A stretch of DNA of 64,000 nucleotides, from IMG/VR virus record IMGVR_UViG_3300021255_000042, positions 32,001 to 96,000 of that record, one strand, 5' to 3'. The notes beneath the pieces are model-generated. The model was not told where the DNA came from. It saw nothing but the letters and a program-made list of their open reading frames with translations, and made no database searches. Within the stretch, counting starts at the first letter, position 1, and each line of letters begins with the position of its first letter. Shown here one piece after another: positions 26,353 through 35,659 of this stretch. Both the position numbers and the translations under genes were made by a program. The DNA comes from a virus. Lineage: Duplodnaviria; Caudoviricetes.

Positions 26353-28673
26353 TAAATGAATGAAATTCCGTTACGTTTATTTACCACCAGCTTGTAGGGA
26401 TAGTTCTCGGCGATGTTTCCGTGGCTCACGATCAAACTGGTAATCTGGAGGGAGTTCAAGGATTCGAAGATGTTTGCAAGGCCGGTTTCATCGGTCGCAT
26501 CCAATATCTCATCCAGGATAAGGAGATCAAGCCCCTTACCTTCCGCGCAGCTTACATTGGTGAGTTTGTGCATTGCCAGGATGTTCGCCAGATTTACACG
26601 CGCCTTCTCGCCTTCGGAGAACTTATCGAACGAGCCGCAGTTCACACCGTCACGAAGAAGGGAAATGGAAATCTTGTCACGAACCTTCCCTGATTTAAGA
26701 ATAGTGAAACCGGAGAAGGAAATGCGTATATCAGAGCCAATCTTCTCCAGGAACTCGTTCGTGATATGTGCAAGGGCCTCAATCTTGGAGTTGGCAAGGT
26801 GGGTCTTGAACTCTACAAACGTGGTTTCCTGGGAACGATACTTAGCCAGTTCCTTTTCGACCTTCTCCTTGGCTGTGACGGCCTTTTCGTAGTCCTTCTG
26901 ATACTTAACCTTACTCTGCTTCAAGTTGTCGATTACATCGTTCTCCAGGGCCTTCTCCGCGTCCGCAATGGATTCTTCAAAGGACTGGATGGAACCTTCG
27001 GCATTGGAGATGGCGCGTTCAGCATCCCTCTGGGCGTTTTCAGCCGTATCAGTCTCGCTATCGATGAACTGGAAAGCATCATCGAACATATCCGAGCGCA
27101 GGTCTTCGATGTCACGCTGAACATCGTCAATCTGGTTCTCTATGTCCTGACGGTCGTTCTTATGGCTTGATTCGATACGGATAAGCCGGTCAAGTTCAAG
27201 CTGGGAATCCGACACGCGCTTCGACCAGTCACTCTGCTTGGTGTTAAGAACGGTCTGCTTTTCGCGGGCCTTCTTACCGTCCTCGATGGTATTGTCGATG
27301 TCCTTCTGGGTGGCCTCGATGCGTTCCTCGTTCTCGGACTTGACACCTTCCAGATCGGCGAGGGAATCGCGCACCTGTTCAATATCAATGTCTTCTGAGA
27401 GGGAGAATTCATGGCCGCACTTAGGGCAGGTAATAACACCGGCAAGCTGCTTGTTGAGAGCCGCTATCTGACGGTCGAAATGGATGTTGTCGGAACGATT
27501 CTGGGCGATCTCTGCCTCCATCTTTCGTACCTTTGCGGTAAGCGTGCGAATGGTTTCTTCAACCTCCGGCATTTCCGCATCGTACTCTTCCTTGAAGGCG
27601 TTGAATTCTTTAACCAGGGAATCGTGCTTGGTCTTGGCGGCTTTAACCGCATCGGCGCGTTGCTTGTCCTGGGCGGCCTGCTCTGCCAAATCACGTTCGA
27701 GTTCCTTCAGCTTGTTTTTCAGTGATGCAAGGCGGGTCATATAATCAGAGAACTGAAAGCCGTATTTAGCGAACAGTTCCTTGATGGCCTTATTGTCATC
27801 CTCGATACTGCCAGAGGCATTTTCGATTTCGGTGAGTTTGGTGTACACAGCATCCAGGTCGGCAAGGCGCGTCTCATAGTTGGTGATTGCTTCCTTGCGC
27901 TTACGAATAAGTGCGCGCTTGTCGGCAATGAGCTGGCGAAGATTGGCGATGCGTTCCTCACGAGACTTTGCGCGTTCCTCGTTGGAAGAGACGGCCTTCT
28001 CAATCTGCTCTTCTATGGCCTCAATACGGCCCTGGCAAGTGGAGACATTCTTCTCAGCCTCATATACGCTATCCTGGATGGGTTTCATATCTTCCTGAAG
28101 GGCAGCTATGGATTCGTCCACCAGAATACCGTTTGAGAATCGGTTGATGATTTCCTTCTTGTCCTTGTCGGAGCTGGAAAGGAATGAAGAATACTTGTGC
28201 TTGCAGAGGATATAGTTGGCATAGATGTCGTCCTTGGTGATACCGATAAGGTCAAGAACGTACTTGTTGTAATCGAGAACGGATGCCTGAGATACCGGCT
28301 CCCAGTCAAATTCGCCATCCTCCTTCTGGCCGTTGGAAAGAAGCACAGTAATTGCCTGCGGGTTCTTCCTGGAAATGACACGGCTGATGGTGGCGTATTG
28401 GCCGGTGAAGTCGTTGGAAAGCAGCAGTGAAACGGTGGCCTCATCCGCGTTATCGTTGATGATCTCGTCTATCTTGATGTTGCGGAGAGTTGCACCGGTA
28501 AGACCGACCGCAATGGCTTCAATAAGGGCAGACTTCCCAGACCCGTTCGAGAGCTGAGAATCGTTATCCATATTGTTGCCGAAAATCAGCGTGGCGTGGC
28601 TCTGCTGGATGGCATAGTCAAGCTCCTTAAATGCGCTGAAGTCTTTGGCGTGTATTTGTTGTAATCTCCACAT
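26352..28673 (-). CDS. SbcC/Rad50-like ATPase
   Basis: NGSGKS, long coiled coil with CPKC Zn hook, FSEGEK signature and LILDE. Confidence 0.9.
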   Translation of the reverse strand: MWRLQQIHAKDFSAFKELDYAIQQSHATLIFGNNMDNDSQLSNGSGKSALIEAIAVGLTGATLRNIKIDEIINDNADEATVSLLLSNDFTGQYATISRVISRKNPQAITVLLSNGQKEDGEFDWEPVSQASVLDYNKYVLDLIGITKDDIYANYILCKHKYSSFLSSSDKDKKEIINRFSNGILVDESIAALQEDMKPIQDSVYEAEKNVSTCQGRIEAIEEQIEKAVSSNEERAKSREERIANLRQLIADKRALIRKRKEAITNYETRLADLDAVYTKLTEIENASGSIEDDNKAIKELFAKYGFQFSDYMTRLASLKNKLKELERDLAEQAAQDKQRADAVKAAKTKHDSLVKEFNAFKEEYDAEMPEVEETIRTLTAKVRKMEAEIAQNRSDNIHFDRQIAALNKQLAGVITCPKCGHEFSLSEDIDIEQVRDSLADLEGVKSENEERIEATQKDIDNTIEDGKKAREKQTVLNTKQSDWSKRVSDSQLELDRLIRIESSHKNDRQDIENQIDDVQRDIEDLRSDMFDDAFQFIDSETDTAENAQRDAERAISNAEGSIQSFEESIADAEKALENDVIDNLKQSKVKYQKDYEKAVTAKEKVEKELAKYRSQETTFVEFKTHLANSKIEALAHITNEFLEKIGSDIRISFSGFTILKSGKVRDKISISLLRDGVNCGSFDKFSEGEKARVNLANILAMHKLTNVSCAEGKGLDLLILDEILDATDETGLANIFESLNSLQITSLIVSHGNIAENYPYKLVVNKRNGISFI

Positions 28674-28675
28674 AA

Positions 28676-29722
28676 TCAGTTGATTTTATCAAGATACTGA
28701 AGCCCCATTTCACTGTCGATTTCCTTCTGGGAGCAGAAATTGGTGTACTCGTCCTTGATGCCGGACTTGTCGAACTTCTGGTCGAGGGCGTGTGATTCGA
28801 TTTCAGTCACTTCGGTCTGCTCGGTCACTATCTCAACCTTTGTAGCACCGGCATCGATAAGCTTCTGCTTGTCAACGTTCGGGGCCTCATCGGAATAGCA
28901 GGAGACCTTGACTTTGACCTTGTAACGTTCATCAGATTTAACCTCTTCCAGCTGCTCTATGAAGTTGTTGTCGAGCTTGGTGTAATCCACCTCCATATTC
29001 TTGTAGCGGATATTCACCTGGTTCTTGACAAATTCATAGGAGCCGTCATCGTACAGGACTGTGTAACCCTTTTCCTCGTCCTCGCCGAACGTGTGCTGGC
29101 GCGATGAACCGATGTACTCGATCTTGGTGCCTGGGATGAGCTTGCGGTCATGGTAATGGCCGACAAGAACCGCATCGAAAGCCTTGAAGATTTTCGTAGG
29201 GAGTTCATCTTCGCCCGGCTGGGCGAGGCCACCGCGAATTCCCTGGTGGCAGTAGAGGATATTGATATAGTCGTTGTCGCCTACCTCGTACTCCTTGATG
29301 ATACCTTCCAGTCGCTTTGTGAAAGAGCCGTTCTCTGGGAAGTAACTCATAACATAAAGATTGACCTTCTGGTACTCCAGGACGGTGCATTCATCGGCAA
29401 CAGTAACGCCATCATAACCATCGAAAATGTGGCTGTAGCCAAGAAGTGATTCCTGATCAACCAAATCGTGGTTTCCCTCCGCAATCGTGACGAACACGTC
29501 TGCTTCACGCGCTTTCATAATGGCCTGGCGCACCGCAAGGAGCACATCAAGCGTCTGGGAAGAACGTGACTGCCAAAGGTCGCCTCCAATAACAAGGTCG
29601 TCAATGTCACGTTCCTTGCAGATTGAAAGGGCCTCGTCCCAATTTTTATGGAATTCTGGAATGTTGTCCTTACTGATATGGATGTCGTTCATCAGTAAGG
29701 CGCAGGGGCGTTTCTGATTCAT
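28676..29722 (-). CDS. SbcD/Mre11-like metallophosphoesterase nuclease
   Basis: DIH, GGD, GNHD and GHYH motifs. Confidence 0.9.
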   Translation of the reverse strand: MNQKRPCALLMNDIHISKDNIPEFHKNWDEALSICKERDIDDLVIGGDLWQSRSSQTLDVLLAVRQAIMKAREADVFVTIAEGNHDLVDQESLLGYSHIFDGYDGVTVADECTVLEYQKVNLYVMSYFPENGSFTKRLEGIIKEYEVGDNDYINILYCHQGIRGGLAQPGEDELPTKIFKAFDAVLVGHYHDRKLIPGTKIEYIGSSRQHTFGEDEEKGYTVLYDDGSYEFVKNQVNIRYKNMEVDYTKLDNNFIEQLEEVKSDERYKVKVKVSCYSDEAPNVDKQKLIDAGATKVEIVTEQTEVTEIESHALDQKFDKSGIKDEYTNFCSQKEIDSEMGLQYLDKIN

Positions 29723-29734
29723 AGTAAGAGGTTA

Positions 29735-29766
29735 TAAAGGGGCACACAAACCTAATCGTGTGCCCC
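29735..29766 (-). terminator. Hairpin terminator after SSB-like gene
   Basis: GGGGCACAC/GTGTGCCCC stem followed by TTTAT on the - strand. Confidence 0.55.
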
Positions 29767-29780
29767 ACCGTTACACATCA

Positions 29781-31109
29781 TTAACGCCTTCTTGCGGGAC
29801 GACCTGCGCGGCGGCCTGCCGCCGGTTCGTTGGTGTCGTCATTTCTTTCTTCACGGGCCCTACGTGCAGGACGCTCTTCTGGCTCCGGTTCCGGTTCGGG
29901 TTCTTTCTCCTTCTCAGGCTCCGACTTCTCGGCTTCCTTGGCGGGCTTGCCAGCCTTCTCACCGGCCTCTGCTGCCTCGTCCATGATGTCCTGGATGTCG
30001 TTCAGGAGGTCTTGGTTGGTGTCGCGGCGGCTCGGCTTGATGTCAAGGCCGTTGGCCTCGATGAACTCCATGATGGAAGCACGAAGGTCTTGACCTTCCT
30101 CGGACTTGTCGTCCAGACCAGCCTCGGTAATCTGCTCGTATGTGTCCCAGAGCGTATCGAGGGTGGTAGCACCTTCACCAGCCTTGTCGTTGCCGTCACC
30201 ACCGTTCATGGTGAAATGGCTGTTGTCGTCTGAAGGCAGGGAAAGCTTGATCTGGTCGATGCAGTCCTTGATGTCGTCGTCTTCCATAACATCGATGTCA
30301 AACTGCTCTTCGTACTGCTTCAGGAAAGCGATGGTTGCCTCCAGATGGAAGCGGGTGTAGCGATAGATGACCTCCGGCAGACGGGGAGCATCGAATAGGG
30401 CCTGGAGTTCAGCATCGGTAAGGGCGGCATCATCACCACCGAGCATATCGATGTTGAAGGAGTAGCTGGTCTTGTTGTTCTCAGTGGAACGCGTGATTTC
30501 CAGCGGGTAGGCTTCATCGATGGAAGAGATAGGGCAAGGTGCCTTGGGGTCTTTCTTGCGAAGCTTCTCCCACAGAGCGAGCTTGCGTTCCTCCAGTTCC
30601 TTGTACTGGGCGAAGGAGAGTTTGAGAATCTGGAGACCGTCACTGCGCTTGTCGATGTCGAGGACGTACATACAACGCTTCGAATCGTAGCGGAGGCCAC
30701 CGTTGAAGCTTGTGCTGCGAACCTTCTTGATGAGGGCTTCGTCATCGGAGTACTTCTCGCACACCTTGTCAACGAAGAGATCGATAAGGTCGTTCTCCAG
30801 CTTGGGAAAACGCTTCTTGGCATTGCAGACACTCACCATAGTGGTCTTTTCCTTACCCTTGGCATCGGTGCCCTTGATCTTCAAAAGAAGCTCCTTGGTG
30901 TCGTACTCGTAGCCGAGGCGTTCCATCACGGGTTCGCCGTTAGCATCGATAACCGGAGCGAGAGGGAGAATACGAACTGCAACAGTTCCGTCCTGATTGA
31001 ATCTCAGGTACTTGGTAGTTTTCCTCGATTCCTGGGAAAACTTTTTCTTGGCATCCTCTAAGGATTCCTGGTTCTGGAGGAATAGATTCCTCAAATTTTC
31101 TGTACTCAT
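29781..31109 (-). CDS. Probable single-stranded DNA-binding protein (T4 gp32-like)
   Basis: VRILP motif and long acidic low-complexity tail, next to SbcCD. Confidence 0.55.
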   Translation of the reverse strand: MSTENLRNLFLQNQESLEDAKKKFSQESRKTTKYLRFNQDGTVAVRILPLAPVIDANGEPVMERLGYEYDTKELLLKIKGTDAKGKEKTTMVSVCNAKKRFPKLENDLIDLFVDKVCEKYSDDEALIKKVRSTSFNGGLRYDSKRCMYVLDIDKRSDGLQILKLSFAQYKELEERKLALWEKLRKKDPKAPCPISSIDEAYPLEITRSTENNKTSYSFNIDMLGGDDAALTDAELQALFDAPRLPEVIYRYTRFHLEATIAFLKQYEEQFDIDVMEDDDIKDCIDQIKLSLPSDDNSHFTMNGGDGNDKAGEGATTLDTLWDTYEQITEAGLDDKSEEGQDLRASIMEFIEANGLDIKPSRRDTNQDLLNDIQDIMDEAAEAGEKAGKPAKEAEKSEPEKEKEPEPEPEPEERPARRAREERNDDTNEPAAGRRAGRPARRR

Positions 31110-31123
31110 TGAGCGTAATGATG

Positions 31124-31594
31124 TTATTTGTTACGGAAGTGAAGTTTCCACATCTCAGCCTGCGCATCAGCATAATATCCTTGGGCCTCTTTGGAAGAGA
31201 GTTCTTCCCTGGACGGTATTTTGATGCCCCACTGGGAGGCGGCGTGATGAATGATCATTCCAATAACATCATCCATCTCAATTGACTTTTCATTTTTCAG
31301 GTCGAAGTATTCGTACTTCTCCCCGTTGATATAGGCGGTATGAATCGGGGCGTAAACCTCTTCAAAGTACCTATATAAAGATTCTACGCTTGGGTGATCC
31401 GGGAGTTGGTCTGAGATCAGCTTCAAGACCGTTCCAAACAAGTATTTCAATTGAGGTAGAGGGCGATTCCTTGTATCATCGTACAAATAGAAGAGAAAAG
31501 TACCTTCTTTTGGCAGATGTGCCACCGAATCTAATAGCTCTCTGGTGTCAGCGTTACCATTGTGGACTTCGATAACGCCTTGTTTCTTCATCAT
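31124..31594 (-). CDS. Hypothetical protein (weakly NinB-like)
   Basis: R..PQLKYLFG.V...I and WGIKIP pattern. Confidence 0.6.
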   Translation of the reverse strand: MMKKQGVIEVHNGNADTRELLDSVAHLPKEGTFLFYLYDDTRNRPLPQLKYLFGTVLKLISDQLPDHPSVESLYRYFEEVYAPIHTAYINGEKYEYFDLKNEKSIEMDDVIGMIIHHAASQWGIKIPSREELSSKEAQGYYADAQAEMWKLHFRNK

Positions 31595-31768
31595 TTCTTC
31601 ATAAGGCGATTATATTTAATTGTTCGAATGCAAAGTTAATGAAAGTATTTTTGAAATATGCAATGAAAATTGAAAATTTCTTGATTATTTTTCAAACCTT
31701 TTTCAAGCTATATTGATTATCAATGATTTACAAATTCACTGCACATATCAAAAAATGTTCTTTTGCCA

Positions 31769-32236
31769 TTAACGCCAAAACTCGCTGGTAATGTCAATTT
31801 TCTCGTACTTGCCCTTCCCGTGCCGCCGGATTTCATAGAGCCGCTGGTTGGTCGTAGGCTTATTCAGAGGTCCTAATTCCTTGACATACGGGCCGACTTT
31901 GATGTAATCAAAAACCCAGTAGCAACGCTTGTCAACCTCGGTCTTACCACTATACAAAGCAACGGCCCGATGATTACCGGCATATACAGCCAGATCAAGC
32001 AACGTCTCGATGTCGTCCCCTTCCCCAAGGAACAACACGCAGTTCACGCCAAAGTTCTTATCCAGCAAATCATCAATGACGCTGGGAGTAAGCGGAATGC
32101 CGATGTTGTCCCTCAGTTCCGGCGAATGACACCCAGGGCAGTTACCCCTGCAATTGGAAATGGATATTGCAAGGGTAACTTTTCCGGGTATTTCCTCCAT
32201 TACAACGGAGGTCATAGATGGGACGAACTTAATCAT
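31769..32236 (-). CDS. nrdG: Anaerobic ribonucleotide reductase activase (radical SAM)
   Basis: CRGNCPGC, YIKVGPY and TTNQRLY. Confidence 0.9.
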   Translation of the reverse strand: MIKFVPSMTSVVMEEIPGKVTLAISISNCRGNCPGCHSPELRDNIGIPLTPSVIDDLLDKNFGVNCVLFLGEGDDIETLLDLAVYAGNHRAVALYSGKTEVDKRCYWVFDYIKVGPYVKELGPLNKPTTNQRLYEIRRHGKGKYEKIDITSEFWR

Positions 32237-34418
32237 CTGGATTGGCGTAGAACCGGTGAGCCGCCTCTTCCTGGCGAACCTCGCTGAAATTGGAAATGCG
32301 TTTCAGGTAGCCGATAACGCGGGTTAGGTAGTCAAGATTCTTGCTACCGCACTTCGGGCAAACATCCAACGTGTCCTTCGAAATGTAACCGCACTCGTTG
32401 CAGACCGTGTTGCGACAGTTGAAGGTGAAATAGTTTGTGCCGTAGTGAGCGGCGGTGTTCAGAAGCTGGCGATACTGTTCTTTACTGAGGTGTTCCTGGA
32501 TGTTCATGTGCAGCGCAGAGCCTCCATCCAGGTACTTCACGTAGTCCTCGCCGTGCAGCCGGAACTTGTCGATGATGGAAAGTGTGTCGTCCTCAGGATT
32601 GTAGAAGTATGAGCTGTACATTCCGTGCTTCTGGGAGACAAAATAGCCATCCTTCTTGTCCCAACGGTAGTTCTTGCCGGACAGATTCTCTCCAGGCACG
32701 AACTCGGTGTTGAACATACAATCCTTGGTCTTGTCGCGGCGGTTAACCACGTTGATGGTCTCCAGGATAGTATTGACGAACTCCTTGTAGTCATCGTTCG
32801 GAGAAACCTCGATACCCAGGAACTCAGCCGCATCAGTCAGGCCGTTCACGCCAATCGTGAGATACTGCTTCTTCATATCAATGAAACCGGCATTGTACAC
32901 GTCCAGCATATCGGCCTTAAGGAAGTCCTTGATGATTTCGTTGAAGGCGGTCTGGTACTTATGAACACGGGTAACGATTTCTTCAATCGCGGCCTTTATA
33001 TATTCATAAAGGTGTTCCTTATTGTACCAGTCGCGCTCCAGGCCCTTGTTGAGAGTAACCGGGGCGCACTCAGTCATATTCTCATCGCGGAATTTCTTGG
33101 TAGCGTCCTGGATGATCCGATTGAGATTAATGGTCATAACGCTCTTGGAGCCGGTTGCAACGGATGCAGTGCCCATTGAATACTGGTGGGTAGTGTGGTT
33201 GTGCTCTTCATCCAGGTCTTTAAGAGAATTACGCAGGCGGCAGCAACTGGAAAGGGAATCAGGGCTGTTGGAAAGGTAGCAGAAGAAGCTATGGCCCTCG
33301 CTCCACATTTCGGCTGTGAAGTCAGCGTAGTCCTTGTCAACGAAGTCATCACCACCATCGGTAAGCAGAGCCATCGTTTCAACCGGGAAGGTAAGGATGT
33401 AGTGATTCCGTTCTTCGTTGAACCACTTCATAAAATGCTTCTGGAGCCAGCTGAGGGTTTCCCACTTGGGCTTGGTTCCATCCGGGAAATAGAAGTCACC
33501 GAACACGCCCTCAAAGTAGGGCTTGTCGAAGTAGCCGATATTCCAGAACACGGTCTGATACCCACGATTACCGGCGGGCATATTCATCGAGTGAACGACT
33601 TGCTGGAAGCAGTTGTCGATGACCTTGGTGAGAGTGCGCTGCTTGGCATTGTTCTCCACCACCTCATCCAGTCTTTCCAGATAGTTGTTGCCGTAGTCCT
33701 TGCGGATGAAGTAGTCAAGGTACATCAGGAATTCAGGTGTGGCGACCGCGCCCATAAACTGGGAACTGATTGAATAGACGAGGTTTATGAACTCGCCGCA
33801 GAAGGATTTGAGGTCGGTCGGTGCTATAGATACACCTCCAAGACCCTGCAATCCATTCTCCAGGAAGGGGTACATCGTAATGGCAACACAGTACGGATAG
33901 CCAGGTGTTCCGCTTTCATCGTGCTTGTACAGCACATGGGATTCCAGGTCTTTAATGTACTGCTGGGCAAGATTGCGACCATAGATGGCCTTGATCTTGT
34001 CCTGCATGATATAGCGGTTCTGCTTGATGTTGTTCTCTTTGTACAATTCCTGGCCAAGTGTGACGATGTTCTTGCGGTTCACGTTTGCGTTTGCATCGAA
34101 CTTGGAACCTGTGGCCGCATTGGAAGCCTTGATGTAGTCACGGATGAAATCGCGCTTCTTCTTCAGGTCGAGGCCGCGATCGAACGTCTCTATGTATTCT
34201 ACGGCCACTTTCTTGTTGACAGACATAAGAGCTTCAACCACCTGACGGCGAATCTCCTGGGAAGACATACCGTCATACAAATAGAGGTTGTCAACGATAG
34301 ACGTGACAATTCCTTCGTGGCATTCCTGCCCAGATGATGCAAAAGCCTGGTGGATGCCGTCAATCAATTTGGCCCTGTCGAATTCTTCGAAGGTGCCGTT
34401 CGTTTTGCTTACTTCCAT
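32229..34418 (-). CDS. nrdD: Class III anaerobic ribonucleoside-triphosphate reductase
   Basis: N-terminal ATP cone, SCCRL, CNEC/CPKC and the TRVIGYL glycyl-radical motif. Confidence 0.93.
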   Translation of the reverse strand: MEVSKTNGTFEEFDRAKLIDGIHQAFASSGQECHEGIVTSIVDNLYLYDGMSSQEIRRQVVEALMSVNKKVAVEYIETFDRGLDLKKKRDFIRDYIKASNAATGSKFDANANVNRKNIVTLGQELYKENNIKQNRYIMQDKIKAIYGRNLAQQYIKDLESHVLYKHDESGTPGYPYCVAITMYPFLENGLQGLGGVSIAPTDLKSFCGEFINLVYSISSQFMGAVATPEFLMYLDYFIRKDYGNNYLERLDEVVENNAKQRTLTKVIDNCFQQVVHSMNMPAGNRGYQTVFWNIGYFDKPYFEGVFGDFYFPDGTKPKWETLSWLQKHFMKWFNEERNHYILTFPVETMALLTDGGDDFVDKDYADFTAEMWSEGHSFFCYLSNSPDSLSSCCRLRNSLKDLDEEHNHTTHQYSMGTASVATGSKSVMTINLNRIIQDATKKFRDENMTECAPVTLNKGLERDWYNKEHLYEYIKAAIEEIVTRVHKYQTAFNEIIKDFLKADMLDVYNAGFIDMKKQYLTIGVNGLTDAAEFLGIEVSPNDDYKEFVNTILETINVVNRRDKTKDCMFNTEFVPGENLSGKNYRWDKKDGYFVSQKHGMYSSYFYNPEDDTLSIIDKFRLHGEDYVKYLDGGSALHMNIQEHLSKEQYRQLLNTAAHYGTNYFTFNCRNTVCNECGYISKDTLDVCPKCGSKNLDYLTRVIGYLKRISNFSEVRQEEAAHRFYANPDD

Positions 34419-34421
34419 TAT

Positions 34422-35039
34422 TTAGAATGTTATGTCTTCGAAGAGTTCGGGGATGGTGCGCTTGAATTCCTCAAACAAAGGAATCATTAGTTCACGCATC
34501 TGGGGATGGGCCGCCTTGGAGCAACGAAGCTTGAAGATGGTTCGCCACTCGCGCATATTGGCGGTTACGATGATGTCGGTTTTCAGGGAATTCGGCAGGA
34601 CAGAACGTGCCTGCTGTGGAGTCCAACCTTCGTCCAGGAGCTTAAGATATTTCTGCTCCGCGAAGGCCATAGATTCCTCCCAGTCCTTCTTGCTTTCTTC
34701 CGATACGCTGTCGAACCAGTTGGGAAGAATGAAGGTGACTTCGCCGTTCTTGCCATAGTTGCAATACCTGGTTGATTCCTGGGAGAAGGAGGCGAGACGG
34801 TGACGTACAATCTCGTGAGAAACGCCACGATCGCAGACAAAACGCACGGTTGCCTTTTCGTGTTCAAGGACGGATTCGTGGCCGCGTCCAATAACCATGC
34901 GAACAAATTGACTGGCACTGTCTTCCGTAATTTTACCCTCGGACTTGTAACAGTTTCGTCCGGCCAGCTCAATACTGGAAAGAATTGCCTCTCGGTTCAG
35001 AGGCGAGAGGATTTCGTAGTAAGGCTTGATGATGTTCAT
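34422..35039 (-). CDS. thyX: Flavin-dependent thymidylate synthase
   Basis: GHESVLEH and HEIVRHRLASFSQESTRY. Confidence 0.95.
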   Translation of the reverse strand: MNIIKPYYEILSPLNREAILSSIELAGRNCYKSEGKITEDSASQFVRMVIGRGHESVLEHEKATVRFVCDRGVSHEIVRHRLASFSQESTRYCNYGKNGEVTFILPNWFDSVSEESKKDWEESMAFAEQKYLKLLDEGWTPQQARSVLPNSLKTDIIVTANMREWRTIFKLRCSKAAHPQMRELMIPLFEEFKRTIPELFEDITF

Positions 35040-35172
35040 ACCTTATAGATGTGTATAGGACACGCACCCAGGGTATGGGTATCGCGTCATTGATGTGTAA
35101 CTGGGGAAGATGGAGTGTTTCAACTATGGGATGGCAAAGATGAACAAAGAATTCAAAAATCCAAAACAAAAA

Positions 35173-35544
35173 TTAAAAATTGCCGGAATTTTGTGCAACC
35201 TTGTTCATTTCTCTGCGGAGACGGATGTATTTTACCTCCCTGGAAGGCGTTGGCTTGATTGGCTTTTTGGGCGACAATCCACTATGATAGTATTCGCGTA
35301 GGGCAAGTCTAAACTTCTCCGTCTTGAAAAACGGATTCAGGGAAGCATAAGTGACCGCCTCGATTAAGTACGGGCTGGGAGCAATATCCCCGCTGGCTTC
35401 CAGGATCAACCTATACTCCAGCGGGGTTACACGTGATAGAAAATATCCAACCCGCGTTTCGAGGAAACTACGCCTCTTCTTTTTTCGCCCCGGCTTTTTT
35501 CGGCTTTTGCACTTTGTCGGCGGGACGGGCTTCTTCGTTTCCAC
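35173..35544 (-). CDS. Basic hypothetical protein
   Basis: 123 aa with a K/R-rich N-terminus. Confidence 0.6.
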   Translation of the reverse strand: METKKPVPPTKCKSRKKPGRKKKRRSFLETRVGYFLSRVTPLEYRLILEASGDIAPSPYLIEAVTYASLNPFFKTEKFRLALREYYHSGLSPKKPIKPTPSREVKYIRLRREMNKVAQNSGNF

Positions 35545-35647
35545 TCTTGTTGGGTTTTTCTTCTACTCTGGGGGATTCCGGGATAATAACCGGATGCTCA
35601 TTGCGCTCCATAATGGAGGCGTCTTTTGGTGAACGATGAATTTTCAT
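35468..35647 (-). CDS. Small hypothetical protein (59 aa, MKIHRSPK...KKEEA)
   Basis: Read by hand; ATG 12 nt after the tail-fibre stop; below the ORF-track cutoff. Confidence 0.45.
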   Translation of the reverse strand: MKIHRSPKDASIMERNEHPVIIPESPRVEEKPNKSGNEEARPADKVQKPKKAGAKKEEA

Positions 35648-35659
35648 TACTGTATATTA

